Positions 1-15,200 are shown, counted from the first letter of the stretch. The stretch is DNA of 64,000 nt from Antedon mediterranea (GCF_964355755.1 NC_092670.1:20198795-20262794); one strand, 5' to 3'. Translations and numbers: made by a program. The notes: a model not told the origin generated them from the sequence alone.

Positions 1-57
1 GATACAAAAAAAAAGCGAAAAGCTAAATCAAAACGATAAAGTAAACAGCCAGAAAAG

Positions 58-100
58 TTAGCAGAGCTTTCGGGCAACACTAGCCCTTCATCAGTGCAAG
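58..100 (-). ncRNA. Minimal type-I hammerhead ribozyme (Penelope/retrozyme type)
   Basis: Minus strand reads GCA-CTGATGA-A-GGGC-TAGTGTT-GCCC-GAAA-GC-TC-TGC: complete catalytic core, stem II and stem I. Confidence 0.75.
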
Positions 101-298
101 TGATTTAAAATATATATACAAAAACTTAATAAGAATAGAAAATAAACAGCAATTTAAATTGCAAAGAAAGTGTTTTTATCAAAAGAATTATGTAAAAATT
201 ATGTTTTGAAATGGAAATTAAGGTGAGTGAACCTCACAAAAGACGAACAATAATATATAAAACAATATTGTTTGTATTAAACTACGTTTCGATCTTAG

Positions 299-3200
299 GA
301 GTTACAATTCAAGAGGATACTGTGACAGAAAACTATACGTTGACCTCCGAGGAAATTACTACTGGTAGGCCTAAACCTACCGAAGATATGACTACCAGTA
401 GGCCTATCATATCTACAACACTAAATGAATATCCAGGTACGAATGACTCACAACTCATAAGCTAGGCCTATCACAAGTGTATTTCAAAAAGTGTAAATTA
501 ATCATGAATTCAACCTTAAAATTAAACAAATCCTCTTCCCGAAAAAAAAAAATTAATTCCCCTTAAAGTGGATCCTTGACAATAAATAGGCCTATGTTTT
601 AACATTACAGGAAACACTGGTATTAAAGGGGAACTCCGAAGGTCTCAACAATTTCGCCATAATAGGAGTACTTAACGTTAAAATTAACGAATACTCTTCC
701 CTGAAAAACAATTTGAATTCTTGACAAAGGAATACAAGATCTTACTCTTGCTGATGTCATGAATTTTTATTAAAACAACTGACATCCCATTGCATTTTAC
801 CTAATTCTTTCATTTTTCTTTAAATATCATTATTCTGCGTCTAGCTTTCATTCATTCATTCATCTTTTATTTCGGAAAAAAAAGTAATTCTTCATAGCTC
901 AAGAACAAATTAGTGTCTACATTATTATAATTCTAATGGTTATTTTGTGACGAGGGCCCATAACAAAATAGGTCGAATAAAAACAACTGCCTAGCTACCG
1001 TTACGGCCTTCTTCGGCTCTTTCACTATTCGGCCCTTTACCATTTTGCTCTTTCACCATTTTATACGGCTCTTTTACCATTACTTTTGACACTTTTACCA
1101 TTAATTGTTATTGATCTGTTAATTATAAAGAGAATCAGAAGTAATTTGCAATGTTTGTTTTCAGAATGTTTCCATTTGGAAAATGCAGCCGATTACCGTG
1201 GCACGGTAAGTGTTACACAAAGTGGCAGAGCATGTCAGTACTGGACGTCACAGTCTCCTCACGAGCATGGGTATAGCGATGAAACGCATCCAAACACGGG
1301 CCTAGGAGACCACAACTATTGTCGCAACCCAGAACCGGATGAACAAACTTGGTGTTATACAACAGATCCAGACGTTAGGTGGGAGTGGTGTGATGTTGGA
1401 CAACCAAATGTAAACTGTGCTAGTAAGTTGAATTTTATTTATAATTAAAGCAACCATAGTACAAGGTATTTTAAAAAAAACGTCTAGCTAATTTTACATC
1501 TTTGACAGAATCAGAAAACAAATCAAGCGATTCTATCTGTATACAAAAGGATACTGTATCGTATTTTTTATTTAAATGTTTCTTGTAGTTCAATCTATAT
1601 CATCAATCATAGAACTACACATGCTAACAAAAACACTCAATCAGCCTAAGATTAAACTTTGTGTAGGTTATATAATTTATTTTAACATTCCTAATCCTAG
1701 TTTACAGTATACATAATTTCTTCCATTTGCATATATATATATATACTCATAACATTAATCAGATTAAAGCTCTGTCTACACTATCAAACTAGTTTGACAA
1801 AAAAAAAGTGTGATGTAAGTAAGTAATATTTATCAGTACAATTTATAAAACAGCATAAAATATGAATAAAAATAACTAGAATAATACAACAAATATTTGG
1901 AAACATGGAAAGCAGGGGATTACCCTTTAAGCTCAAAGGCTTGTTTCCATAGGGATCCCCAAAGATGTGCCTCCGACTTTAAACTTGCTGGCTATCTAAA
2001 TATTATAAATAGAGTGAATCAACTGCAACTCAATCATATTTTTAATTTAATGCACAATTTCTCCCCTGTGTATATGCGTGAAAACTTTTTGAAAGTTTCA
2101 GAAAGACATCACCATAATACAAGGGGCAGCATACACGATTTTGTAAACATTTATAAAAAATCCAGTTGCATTGCTTCTACTTTTTTTTATAATAAAATAA
2201 TTCTCTGGAATAGTTTGCCTCCGAATATCAAAGAAATTAATTTAAAGTCCACCTTCAAGCTTCATATAAAGAAAATCCTCAAAGAGCGAATTGACTAATT
2301 TAGCCTTTTCTCACTTCCTGCCGTCTGCTGATTAATTGTTTATTTTTCCTTTGTTTTTTCTTTCGGGACCCCTCAGGATACAAACCTCCGGGTTTAGAGG
2401 GTTATCCTTTGCTCCTACTCGTTGTATGTTGTTGTCTTTGTTCTGATTTTGTTGTTTGTTAAGTCTGCGACTTTTGATGTATATATATATATATATATTT
2501 CTGTACCTCTGTTATTTTTATATGAGCAAGAAATAAAAACAAACAAACAAACCTAAATATGGTAGTGATATGCTTAAATATGGTAGTGATATGCTTAAAT
2601 ATGGTAGTGATATGACATCATTATGTCTGTATATGGGAACATCACAATTTTGTGTTACATCAAGTTTGATAGTGTAGACAGAGCTTTAGTATCACTAATC
2701 TATATTCTTTCAGGCTGTAGTGAGACGTTTAATGGAACTGAGGGCCGAATTACGTCCCCCTCTTATCCAGCAAATTACGAAAACGACCAACAATGTGAAT
2801 GGACAATACATGTAAGTTTATAAATATGATAACAAATGGTCGTCTGGTTTTGTCACCTTTTTATATATTTTGAATATTGAATTTTTATTTAATATTGTTA
2901 AGAGCCTGTATTAAAAGGTTACACGCAATCTGGCCATTGGCCATAAGTTGTAAACTCTGTCTACACTATCAAATTAGTTTTGTTTTTTTGGTGTCACAAA
3001 AGTGACAAAGGTTATGTAGTGGCTTAACGTTGCTATATTGGTAATTGCTAATAGATGCAGATTAAAAATGTTACTAATTCTGTCATTATTTTGACCAATA
3101 GGTGCCAGATGCGTATGTTGTACAGATAGCCTTTGTATTTTTTGACGTTGAGTTTCACGCGCGTTGTACATATGACTATCTTGATGTTTATACAGAGGGG

Positions 3201-6200
3201 ATTAACGACGAACAATACGATTATAGGTAAATAACATGAATCATATTACATTTCTACAAATTGTCATTTATTAGTGCTTATTACTGCCTAGTGTGGGTTC
3301 CAGACGGAGTTTTGACTTAATATTAGTAAAAAGATAAATATTTTGGCACATATGGCGTTTTATACGTGTACTACTTTTCAGGAAAAAAAATCGAAGCGTT
3401 GACTGATAAACTAAGACAATAATACAGACTTGGGGCAAGTGTAATTACTGCTGTAAAAATATAGTTACTGAACTTTCGATATTTTAAATTGAATACTGTT
3501 CGATGGATTTGAATAACTATGCTGGTATCATGAGCTATTTATTATATAGATTTAACAGTTAATTAAAACTATGAAACCTAGATATATACTGCAGCATTAA
3601 AAAAATGTGTATACGTATAAACTCTCTCATATTTTTTTTAATAATAAAAAATCAATTCGTATAATTTTATCGATTAATATAGTCATAATCAGTTTTTTTT
3701 CTCAACTTACAGGTTCTGTGGTACTACTGCCTCGCCAGTAATTTCAGAAGGGTCTACACTTGTATTAATTTTTACATCTGACAATATTTACAATAACAAA
3801 GGTTTCGATATTAGATGGAAAGCTATCAAATTGGGTAATTTTGTTTTATTCATCTATTTAAAATAATACTACAGCGGTGGATTATTATTATAAATAAAGT
3901 CTCATATGAGGCTTAGGGAGGGGAGTTGAAAGAGGCGTGAGTTACAACCACCCTGACACTAGGTCAGGATTGAATCTCGGATGGAAGGCAAGCATATTAA
4001 CCACCACCGCTCCATGAATTGAATTTGTAGGCCTACTTTCCAAATAGACATTTATCGCCTATGTTTTCCAAGTAAAGATGTCTTACTTATGGAGGCCTAC
4101 AGTAGACACATACTATATATGGGGACCCTTTGCAGTAAAAAGAATGAATGACGATAAATATTTTTTTAACACTACAGGGAACACCCTTATTAAAGAAGTA
4201 CTCCGATGGTCCCAAAAAGTTCCTTTTTTAATAGAAGTGCTAACTGTATATCGTTAAATTCAGCAATACACTTTTAGACTTCGTCTATTTCTGTCTACAC
4301 TATCAAACTTTAATGTGTCAAAAAATGTGATATTATATGGACACGATGATGCTGCGACAGAGCTTTAGGAACAGTAAAATCGTATTTTATAACCACACGC
4401 GTCGTCCACGAATCTTCGTCACCCACTGGTGAAATCATACCTACCTATTATATTTCATTACCAGCATCGATTTTTTTAATGGGAAGCATAGGTATATTTT
4501 GACGACTCTTTAGATGAATATCAATATCTAATACTGTATACAGTCAAATGCATACATAATTGTAAAGTAGTCTCTGATTATTATTATTAACGATATAATT
4601 AAAACACCACGTGTAATGGCAATTACACACACAACAAAGCGATATAACCATTAGTTAAGTGTTCTCTAAATTATGCCTGCGATTGTGTAGTGATTATTTT
4701 GTAACAGTCAAATAGTGACACACAATTGTTAAGTAAACTATAATTATAATTAACAACGAAGAGCAACGAAATGTCTGAAATTACAGACACAGTGTAAACG
4801 TTACGTACACAATTGCCTAATAATTGCCTAAGTACAATTTGTTTCTATTTGCACGGACGGGTTTGCGCGTTTGCTCTTTCATCGTGCAAATAGCCGTCAT
4901 ATGCGTAACTGCTTAGTTAGAAATAGTGCAATTATCCCTATTTTCTTTATCACTTAACTTTCTTCTTTAGGACTACTTTCCAAGTTCAAGCCAACGAAAC
5001 AAAGTAGTGCTTATGCTGATGCACATCCGTATGGCTCAGAGTTGGCTGTTGATGGACATTATAGCTCGAGATTTGAAGACGGTTTCTGTTGTCACACAGG
5101 CAAGATAGTCTTTAGCAGCATCAATTTTCATATAAAAACATGAATATTTAAATCTAGGCAGGGCCGTAGTCAGCCTGAGGCAGATGAGGCGCTTGTCTTG
5201 TCTAAAATTTTTGAATGTTCACCACCCACCCCAATTCCCCAGCACAGATCGTCATATTTTCTATAGGCCTAAACAATATTTAAAGCACCATTTTCTCGTC
5301 TGTTTTTAACCTCTCGCTACGGCCTTGTCTAGGCCCTACAAACAATAACTGTTGGTGAGATATTGGCAATGAATAATTAGCATTATTCATGATATACAGT
5401 ATTGTATATATAATGATAATACTGGTTTGAACATTTTTCCCTAAGGTGGAAATGCTTATCTCATTATGTTCAATTTTACTGCTAAAGGTATAGACCTACA
5501 TTTTGTGATCGATTGATTAATATTGCTGAAGAAGAAAACATAATTTGATCCGACAAAAGTAGTGTTTTTCACCAAATACATTTTAGTATAATCACTAATA
5601 AAGTACATTATTTTATATATAGATAAAGATTTTGAACCATGGTGGAGAGTTGATTTGGAGAAAGCATTCGCCATCCGATTTGTAGATATTATCAATCGCA
5701 ATTCCCACAGTAAGAATTTATACAATATTATCTATACATTAAAATGATATTAATTTACCAATTTGTGACAATAAATTTGAACTGGTGCTTCCATATAATT
5801 GGTGAAAAAATTTAACGTTAAATATCAAATTAATAACTTAGATTAAAGATTCATTGTTGTAACTAGGCCTACCATACACCCATTTCCTCCTGCATCACAT
5901 ATGAAGTCTTTGTTGAGTTTCGTTTAACGACTTTTTTTGTGCTTTTAGCTGATCGTCTAGTTAATACTGAGGTCCATGTCGGTATGAATCCAAATCCCTT
6001 CAACGTGAATCCACAATGCGGCGCGGCATTTACGAACGCCGTGGCGGCAAACATGTTCATCAGAGTAGAGTGCGGTGAATTATTACACGGCCGTTATGTG
6101 TCCATTTATATTCCTGGCGTATCTCAATATCTAACGTTATGCGAGGTGCAAGTATACGGCTTAGGTACGTAGCTCTCTTTTTGGTTTAAAGTACAACTTT

Positions 6201-9200
6201 GTAATAAAGCGGAAATGGTGTTTGATGATTTAGGCAATATTGATGACGTAAATAAAGAAGTGAATTCCAATGCGCATTTAATGTAGGCCTATACTGTAAT
6301 TAACAAAACGGATACAGTTAATATTAATAATTTAATATCTAGAACAATATTAAATGAATATAGTATGAATTTTATTAATGGTATAATGCTTAACGACCAG
6401 GTGCGGGCAAAACATTTCTATTGATCATATATTCCAATAATCACCAGACATGTTATTACATTAGGTTAAACTAACTAACTACTGAAAAAATGTCTTCCTG
6501 GTTTTTATAGCAGAATTTTGATAATATAATGTTGTATTTGACCATTTTAAGGGAAATTTTTCGTCTTGATTTCTATTACAAATTTTCGATTTATGTACAA
6601 TTAACCAGATATAAATTTAAAATAGTGTGTAAATTTAAAGATAATACGCATTGCATAAGATGCTTGGTTCCCACTCGGAGGCCACGCAACTGACGTAAGC
6701 GCACAGCAATTAATTTGACCAATCACGACGCGATGGATCATCCGAACTGTCGCTTGTGATTTGTCAACTCACTTGCGTTGTACCTACGTCGTTGGGCTAC
6801 GTCCAAAAATTGGAACAAGGCATTTATGAAGAATTTTCATTGTCAGATACTTGTCTGGTAGGCCTAATACTTGGCTGATTAAAGGAAAAAATGATGGTCT
6901 TTTCACCACTTTTCTTTCTGTTATTATTCAAGATTGATATGCATTTTAATAATTAGATATTGACAATTTGCCAAGTGGAATTGAGGTTGAGGATAATGAA
7001 TGCAGTTTCTCACCAGGACCTTGTGATGATCCATCAATTAATTGCACGATTCTTAACGCTGATTGGCCATCGTGTCGTGAGTATATATTTCAGTTAATTT
7101 CTTATTGACTTGTGCAAGTTAAATTGTATTAAATTTAAATCCTCATCTATTTCTATTTTACATATTTCATTTATGATTTAAATTATGCGTGTCATGGCCT
7201 ACTTTTTTTAGTGAGACATCGCCATATAATTTAATTATGTTGTTTTTGCTCCACTAAAAATTCAATACATTAAATTAAAGCCTAGCTACTGCATGACGCA
7301 AGCAAGTTTATAACCAACATGTCAATAAAACAAATGCTGGTCACTGTAATTGTATAAAATTTCCCCAATGTTTTCTTATGTTCTTTCTTCTGTTTTTTTA
7401 GGGTATGTATATTAGTTAACTTTTAATTGTTTTCTTCTAGTTTGTATTATCCTTCACGTGTTCACACACTGAATACACACAACATACACCCATACACACA
7501 CACACGCACACATTAAATTACACACAACATACACCCATATACACACACACGCACACATTAAATTTGACCTTTTATTTCCATTCTATATCCGACTTCTGAA
7601 ATAAATAATAAAATAATATTGCAGTATCCATATCAGTCTATCTTGTAACCCTGGGTTATTATTCTTTGATTGTTTTTAGGGTGGGTTACTATTAGAAGGG
7701 GTTACTGTAGTGGGTTACTATTACTAATCTTAAATTAGGCACCTGAAAATAGTAACCCACTCCAACTTTTCCGGTCAGCAACTCATAGTAAAATAATAAA
7801 ACAGTACAAATAACTAAATTTGTTTGAACTCTAACTTTATTTTATAATCTTAAAAACACTAAATCCTCCCCACTCCCGAGATCAACATGCATTATCTCCT
7901 TTTTTTTTTCAAAATACGGCTGCATCATAAACGACCAGTCTTCATAAATGTCGTTTTGTCAATAGTTTTTGTGACCCTAATATTAACCCCTATGGGTTAC
8001 TATTAGATTAGTGGGTTATTATTATAGATTAACTTATAAGGGGGTTACTATTAGAGTGTGGGTTACTATTAGAAGATTTACGATATAGTAACTTTTTGGT
8101 TATATATATTGTACAGTTTAAGTATTATGTATTTCCATACAGATTTAATTAATTAATTAGTTTACATATTGTTTTGATGTTATGTATTAGTTAAAACTTT
8201 GTGGCTTATGTTATTTGTAATTTTGTCTGTAAATTAGATGCACCATTAACTGATAAATGTGTGCCACCGATATAAAGGTCATTCCTATGAATAAATAAAA
8301 ATTAATAAAACTCATGAAATTTATCTCTTGAAATTAACACAGTTTGTGGTGTGATATGATATGAATAACTATTAAATAACAATAATCCGTCTATTTTATT
8401 ATTGTTATTTAGTTCATAGTGTGAGAGGTTTTTGAAATTGCTTTTTAACAACTAGGCCTATAATTTCTTGTTCAATTAAATACATATTCGATATTTTATT
8501 GTCCATAATGTTTATATTTATTTTGAATTTTTCAATTTTATAGCTATTTGTTGCCATAAAGAAATATTGATTTTTAGGCATTTTGACACTCACGTCTCTA
8601 TAATACCGTAAAGAAATTGATACTGTTTTTTTCTTACTGTTAAGCTAATCTATTCTATGTTATTAGAGTGTGACGAAACTATGTTCAAATGCAATAATGG
8701 TCGCTGTGTTCCAATGATGTACCGATGCAATATGTACGACAATTGTGGCGACTCAACTGATGAATATTCATGCGGTAAATTTGTTATTTTATTTTGATAA
8801 TTGTAATGTTTATTATTTTTCATTAGGTTATAAATATGAATTACAATATTATAACTATTGATAGTAATCACCTTAAATGTTTAATAATTGCTGTAATTAT
8901 GAATATTGTAGTATGGATCTACTCTATCAAAAATGTATTAAAATGATGTAAATTGTATATTTTCCGTCCAGCACTGCAGACGCCAATATGATCGATAGAT
9001 AATTAATATTTAAATATAATACAAGAATATAACAAATTACAATAACAATCATAACATACATAAATTATTTATTTGTCCAAAAAACATAACAAAATTCAAT
9101 CAAATAATAAAAAATGGCTTGTTACGAAAAGTAGAGAGGGCCAATATAAATACAATTAAATTTATCACAAGGGATGATTAGCTGGGAATCACGCGAATCG

Positions 9201-12200
9201 TAAGCGTCAGCTTATACGCATACGTATAGAGGGATTTGGAAGATTAAAAAACATGCGTATAAGTTGACGCTTTTGATTCGCGCGAACAAATTCGGCTAGA
9301 AATAATGTAGGTGCAGTATTAGCCATATAATGTAGAGCGGTTACTTGTTAAAAGGTTAGTGGTACTGTAATTACCGAATTTCCTTCAGTTATACGACACT
9401 GAAACAAAATCAATACCAGTATTCATCCTTAAAAGTGTATTGTCCCCCTGAAAAAAATAATTTCTTCAAAAAAATGTTGTTGAATATTCTATTTTAATGT
9501 AACTTAATAGTTATCCATTTTGATCAAAAATTGGATCGAAAAAAAATGTATTTACCTGAAAAAAATGTAATTTAAAGCAAAAAAATTGTGAAATTTGGTT
9601 GAATTTAAAGATGTATTGTTGTCCCCCTGAAAAAAAAATTGTTACAATTTTTGTTGTTGAATATACCATTTTAATTAATCTTTATTTTTCATGTTTTTGG
9701 GGGACAATACATCTTTAACCATTTATTTGTCATTTTATAAGTGAAAAATTTTTTTTCCGTTTTTTAGTTGCGAGGAAGCGACTCTATAGTTCACTATGTC
9801 GGTCGGTCGGTCTGTCGGTCTGTCGGTCTGTCTGTCGGTCCGGTATCACTATGCGTTTTATCGCTTTCTGAACTTATCTTGATATCAGTTTAATCTAGCT
9901 AAGTCAATTTTTCACAGTATATTCCTTATGGCCATGAATCGATGTGGTTATGTTTTCACGGTGCGCAATAAAAAATTACGCGGTCTACGCACGATTTAAC
10001 GAAATCACGTTTGTAATCATATCTTCACAACCATGAATCACAATTAAATAAAATTTGGTACTCATAAATTTCAGGGCATAAATCATCATATGGCAATACA
10101 ATTACGTGCGTAGCGCATGTAACGCATGCGTACTCGCGCTTAAAATTTTCACAATTTATTTTCGATGAAATAAGAGTACGTTTCAGGCAATTTTAAGCGT
10201 TTACAAAATTGCCATGAGTCACAAAGCCACAAAGTTACGTGCGCACGCGCATTTAAAATTTTAAAATGCGCAAAATTCATTTTTAATCAACTTTCTACGC
10301 GTTTCTTGTCATTTTGAGCATGTTTTTGCAGCCTTTTCTAATAATTTTACCATCTTTTAAACAATTTTGACTTAAAATTACGTCATACGAGCACGTCGAA
10401 TTGGATAATTTGCGCACGTTTTTGATGAAAAAGTTTAAAAATTCGTCAAAATTATGCTTTTTTAGTCGCGTGGACGCGACTATAGTTCACTATGTCGGTC
10501 GGTCTGTCTGTCGGTCTGTCTGTCTGTCGGTCTGTCTGTCGGTCCGGTATCATTGTTTTCTATGGAAGTGATTACCTTTACAAACTACAAAATAACATAT
10601 TCAAAGTCTGATTTAATTAATCTTCATTTTTCATGTTTTTGGGGGACAATACATCTTTAAGATATATGTCTAAAGTGTGACCATGTACCCAATCATGGTG
10701 GTGATGTGTCCAAATATGGTAGTGATATGACGTGTCCATATATGGGCACATCACATTTTTTTGTCACATAAAGTTTGATAGTGTAGACAGCAAGTCAAGA
10801 AGATATGCTCATAATGTAGGCCTTATTTCAGAGTGTGAAATGGACTCATCCGTCTGTTTAGAATCAAATGGCACAAGATGTATTGTATCACGGTTTGTCT
10901 GTGATGGATTCGATAATTGTGAAGATTCCTCTGACGAGCATTCCTGTAGTAAGTCTTTTCAACCAGGGCACATCTACTCTTGAACCTGATGTTTCCTCAA
11001 AGTATAAATTAACAGTAGGCCTAAAACGTAGCATGACGCATGAACTCATTTGAACCGTGTGCTAATTGATCGTGTGATGGTTCTTCTTCTTAGTAAAGTA
11101 GGCCTACGATGTCTACAGTTTGAAAACTCTTCCGTTAAAGATCTGATGTCCACCTGAAAAGATAATTCTTAACTAATGTTGCTGAATATGCTATTTTATT
11201 GTCACATAATAGTTGGATCGACAAAAAATGTATTTACCTAAAAATTTGTAATTTAAACAAAAAGTAGTCTGCCAGCAATGGTATTTTGTCATTTTATAAG
11301 TGAAAACATAATTTGTTCTGTTTTTTCCTACGGAAGTGATTAACCGTATTAAAACTACAAAATAATATAGTCAAAATCTGATTTTATTAACCTTTATTTG
11401 TCATGTTTTTGGGGGACAATACATCAAGTGTTAATATTGATTTAATCCTACTTTCATAGTAATATTATTCATTAATAATATTCCAATTATTGTATAGCTT
11501 GTGGCAAAGACGATTTTGTGTGTAGCGATGGAAGATGTTTAGCCTCCAGTAAAGTTTGTAATAATTTACCAGAATGTCAAGACGAAGAAGATGAAGGAAA
11601 TTGTGGTAACAATTATTCTTTGTTTCTATTATTAGAATTTCGTTACTTCATCATAAACACGTCAACAAAACACAAGCCTACCGACATCATAGTGACAACA
11701 ACAAAATAAATGGTTAAGATCTTTTTGAAATAACCATAATGATGAATATTGTAGATGATTAATATGATAACAAAAGGCCAACTCAAACAGCATCGTACGA
11801 CGAGGCCCGACGAAACGGCTTTGACTCGTCGGTGCTGTCTGAGTTGAATCCCGACGAGACGAGTAGTCTTGAGATAGCGTCGGGCGTAGTTTTTAGGTAT
11901 TCGGGAGAACTTTAAACATGTTTAATTTTCTCCCGACGAGACGGTTTGTCGGGCCTCGTCGTACTCGTCTTAGTTCTTTTTAAGATAACAAAAGATGAAA
12001 AATAATATACAATAATAAAATAGTGATAAATTGTGTAAGTATATACGTTCAATAAAGACTTTTTTAGGAATGTGCTACATTTTCTCTTTGGTACCGTATC
12101 GTACAATCCAAAAGTACCTTTCTTCTGGAACATTTCAACCGAGGAAAATATTCCATCATGTGCTCATTTAAGTATTTGTTTGCTTCAAAGTGTTACATTG

Positions 12201-15200
12201 CATTACTTGAAAATTGGTATTATTTGCACATTTAGTGACTTGTGACGGCGCTCCAGTCCCGTTTTCCCAGCTCTGCGACGGTAAATACGACTGCACAAAC
12301 AGAGAGGACGAGCTTAACTGTGGTAAGCAATTGAAGTAGTTTAAGTCTAGAACACATTTTTACATAGTTTAGTAAAGGATATATTAAACATGTTACCACT
12401 GTTTTTAGGGATACACAATAGATCGATATAAAAAAGCAACAAGATGGCTGCGTCTAACACGTGATTTACATTGTCTTTTAGCGTATTGTCCAAGTGCTTA
12501 TGAACAATTTAAAGGAAGTTGTTACCACTTTAAACTGGACGTGGGTTTATCATTCACCGACGCGCAGGATTACTGCAGTGGTAAGGGTGGCTATTTGGTG
12601 GTCATTGATTCTGAAGATGAAAATGTATATATTACACAATCTATGGTGGATCTTACTGATAAGGTAATTTTAACGCTCAGTAATACTAACGTACGTATGT
12701 TGACGTCACAGGCCCGTTCAAACGTTTTTTTTATTAACCCTGGTATGTTGATTCTTACCCATCAAAGCTAGCGATAACTGCGTTCATGAAACCAACTTGC
12801 CCGGGTAAATAACTAAACATGAACAGGCCCTACAAAAGTTATGTGAAAATAAGCCTAAAGATAAATGTATAAACTTCCTGTATATAAACAGGGAGATCTC
12901 CCTGATATAAAGGGCTTTGAAATAAAATAATAAATTCAAAGTTAACTATGTTCTTTGAATTTAAATTACAGACATATGTTTGGATTGGAATTAATGATAT
13001 AGAAGAGGAAGGTATTTGGGTACCTGAAGCTCCCATGTTTACATCGTACACAAGTAAGTTACTATACTACTTATACTTACTTATAAATAAACTTATATAC
13101 AAAAACACGTGTGCAAGAGATCGTTTAAATTTGGCGGAAACCCGTTAGATGAATAGGATGAATCCATTAGGATAGAGGGGTGCTAAGTTTAGCACTGTGG
13201 AGTTTTTTTTCTGTCTGGACTATTTCAGTTGAAGGATCTTATCATTCTAGCCCCTATGTTTAAAAAAACAGATCCCAGCCTTATTGGTCTTGGTATTGGT
13301 AATCCATCCTAGTATCCATTTATTATGTCAATATATAACTAATCAACATGAATGAATACATGAATATTACCTACCGTACTTACTTACACTAGAATTACTG
13401 AGTTTGTTTTACATTTAGATTGGAATCCAGGACAACCAGACAATTATGTAAATTACGATGGAGAACACTGTGCCCACCTTCAAGTTCAGAATGGTAGAGG
13501 TGGATGGAACGACATACCGTGTTCATTCAACTACATGGGAACCGTTTGCGAGTTTCGTAAGTAAAAAAAAAATCAATAATAATTATATTTATATTCTTTA
13601 TTTTTTTAACAGTGAATCATCGCCACTAACAGGTTGTTCAAAATCTTCATAAAACTACTATAGATAAAAAATTTAATTCATTAAAACAATTACTGCAGTA
13701 TTTTAATGTTGACTTGTATTCAATAATCAATTCATTCATTTAAATCTATTTAGCTATCATCCTGCATGTTACAATGTCAAAGTGCATTTGTACATCTAAA
13801 GCTCTGCCTACACTATCAAACTAGTTTCACAAAAAGTGTGATGTACCCAAATATGGTAGTGAAATGCGCGCCCAAATATGGTAGTGACATAACGCCATCG
13901 TGTCCAAAATCACACAAATTTCATAGTGTAGACAGAGCTTAACAATATTTTCTAATTGTTAATAGAACCTGTTAGGTTAGTTGGAGGGGACTCATTGATT
14001 GATGGTTTTGTTGAAATATACAATGATGGAAGCTGGGGGACAATCTGCAGTAAGGATTGGGGCACTGTCGAAGCAGATGTTGTCTGCAATCAGCTGAATT
14101 TGCCGTATAGTGATCCTCTAAAATGCTGTGATGCCAAAGTTCAACATAACACAGGAAGGCACTACGACCAAGTGTCTTGCACTGGAGAGGAGTCTTCTCT
14201 GAGTTACTGCAGTTCAAAAGTTGAGAAAGGAAATTGTCCAAATGATCTGGACGTCTGGGTTAAATGTTCAAACGGTATGTCTGGAAACATTTTCCATGTA
14301 TAATGTTGTTTAACACCCAAACCTATATAGTTTACTATACCCCTATAACCCCTATTAAGGGGACACCTTCAGGACCTAAATAATTTCCCTCAGAATAAAG
14401 TTCCGCAGTATCACGTCACCTCATTATTTTAAAGGGAACGTGTTTCCTTAATCAAGAATGTCCCTGTGCAATAAAGGGCGGTGTCCCTGTATAAGTCGCT
14501 ATAAGTTCGCGAATGAGTTTTACTTTTAATTACGTGTCATTTCACCAGATGGAGTTCGTTTAGTTGGCGGTTCGACAGTAACTGAAGGATTTGTGGAAGT
14601 ATTCAAATACGGTGAATGGGGCTCAATATGTGATGCCTACCCTACAAAGTTGGAAGCCACTGTGATCTGCAAGGGCCTAGGCTATAGCGATGCTTCGAAC
14701 TATACAAACACAGCTTCTGCGAGTTCTGCTGGCACTGGGAAACCTATTAATATTGCTAATCCAGATTGTGTCGGTACCGAAGCGTCTATATTTGACTGCA
14801 ATCATTCGAATAATGACGATGTGTCGTGTCTTCATGATCAAGACATTTTTGTATTTTGTAGTACAGGTAAGTACTGTAGTATTAAACTTGGTTCCCACTA
14901 GACACAACTTAAGCGAGTTGACCAATGACAGGCGACAGTTCTAATATTCAATCGCTTGTGATTGGTCAAATCTCTTACCTTCCTTACGTTGCGCTACGTC
15001 GTTGTGTTGCGTCTCTAGTGGGAACCACGCATTAGATATACATAGTAACATTCGGGAGTGTTTAAAAAAGGGCTTACTTAAGTTTTATGAAGTAGTAAAG
15101 CTTTGTTCCTACTAGACGAAACGCAAGGACGTAGACACAACGCAAGCGAGTTGACCAATGACAGTTATCAATAAGCGAATAATCAATCGCCTGTGATTGG

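Larger units (their letters stand above)
1768..2685. mobile_element. Harbinger-like MITE (family A) interrupted by LINE 3' fragments
   Basis: TIR AGCTCTGTCTACACTATCAAACT...AGTTTGATAGTGTAGACAGAGCT with TWA flanks. Other copies near 4290, 10680, 13800, 19100-19320, 23265, 25590, 38037, 41215, 42540, 43640. Confidence 0.8.
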
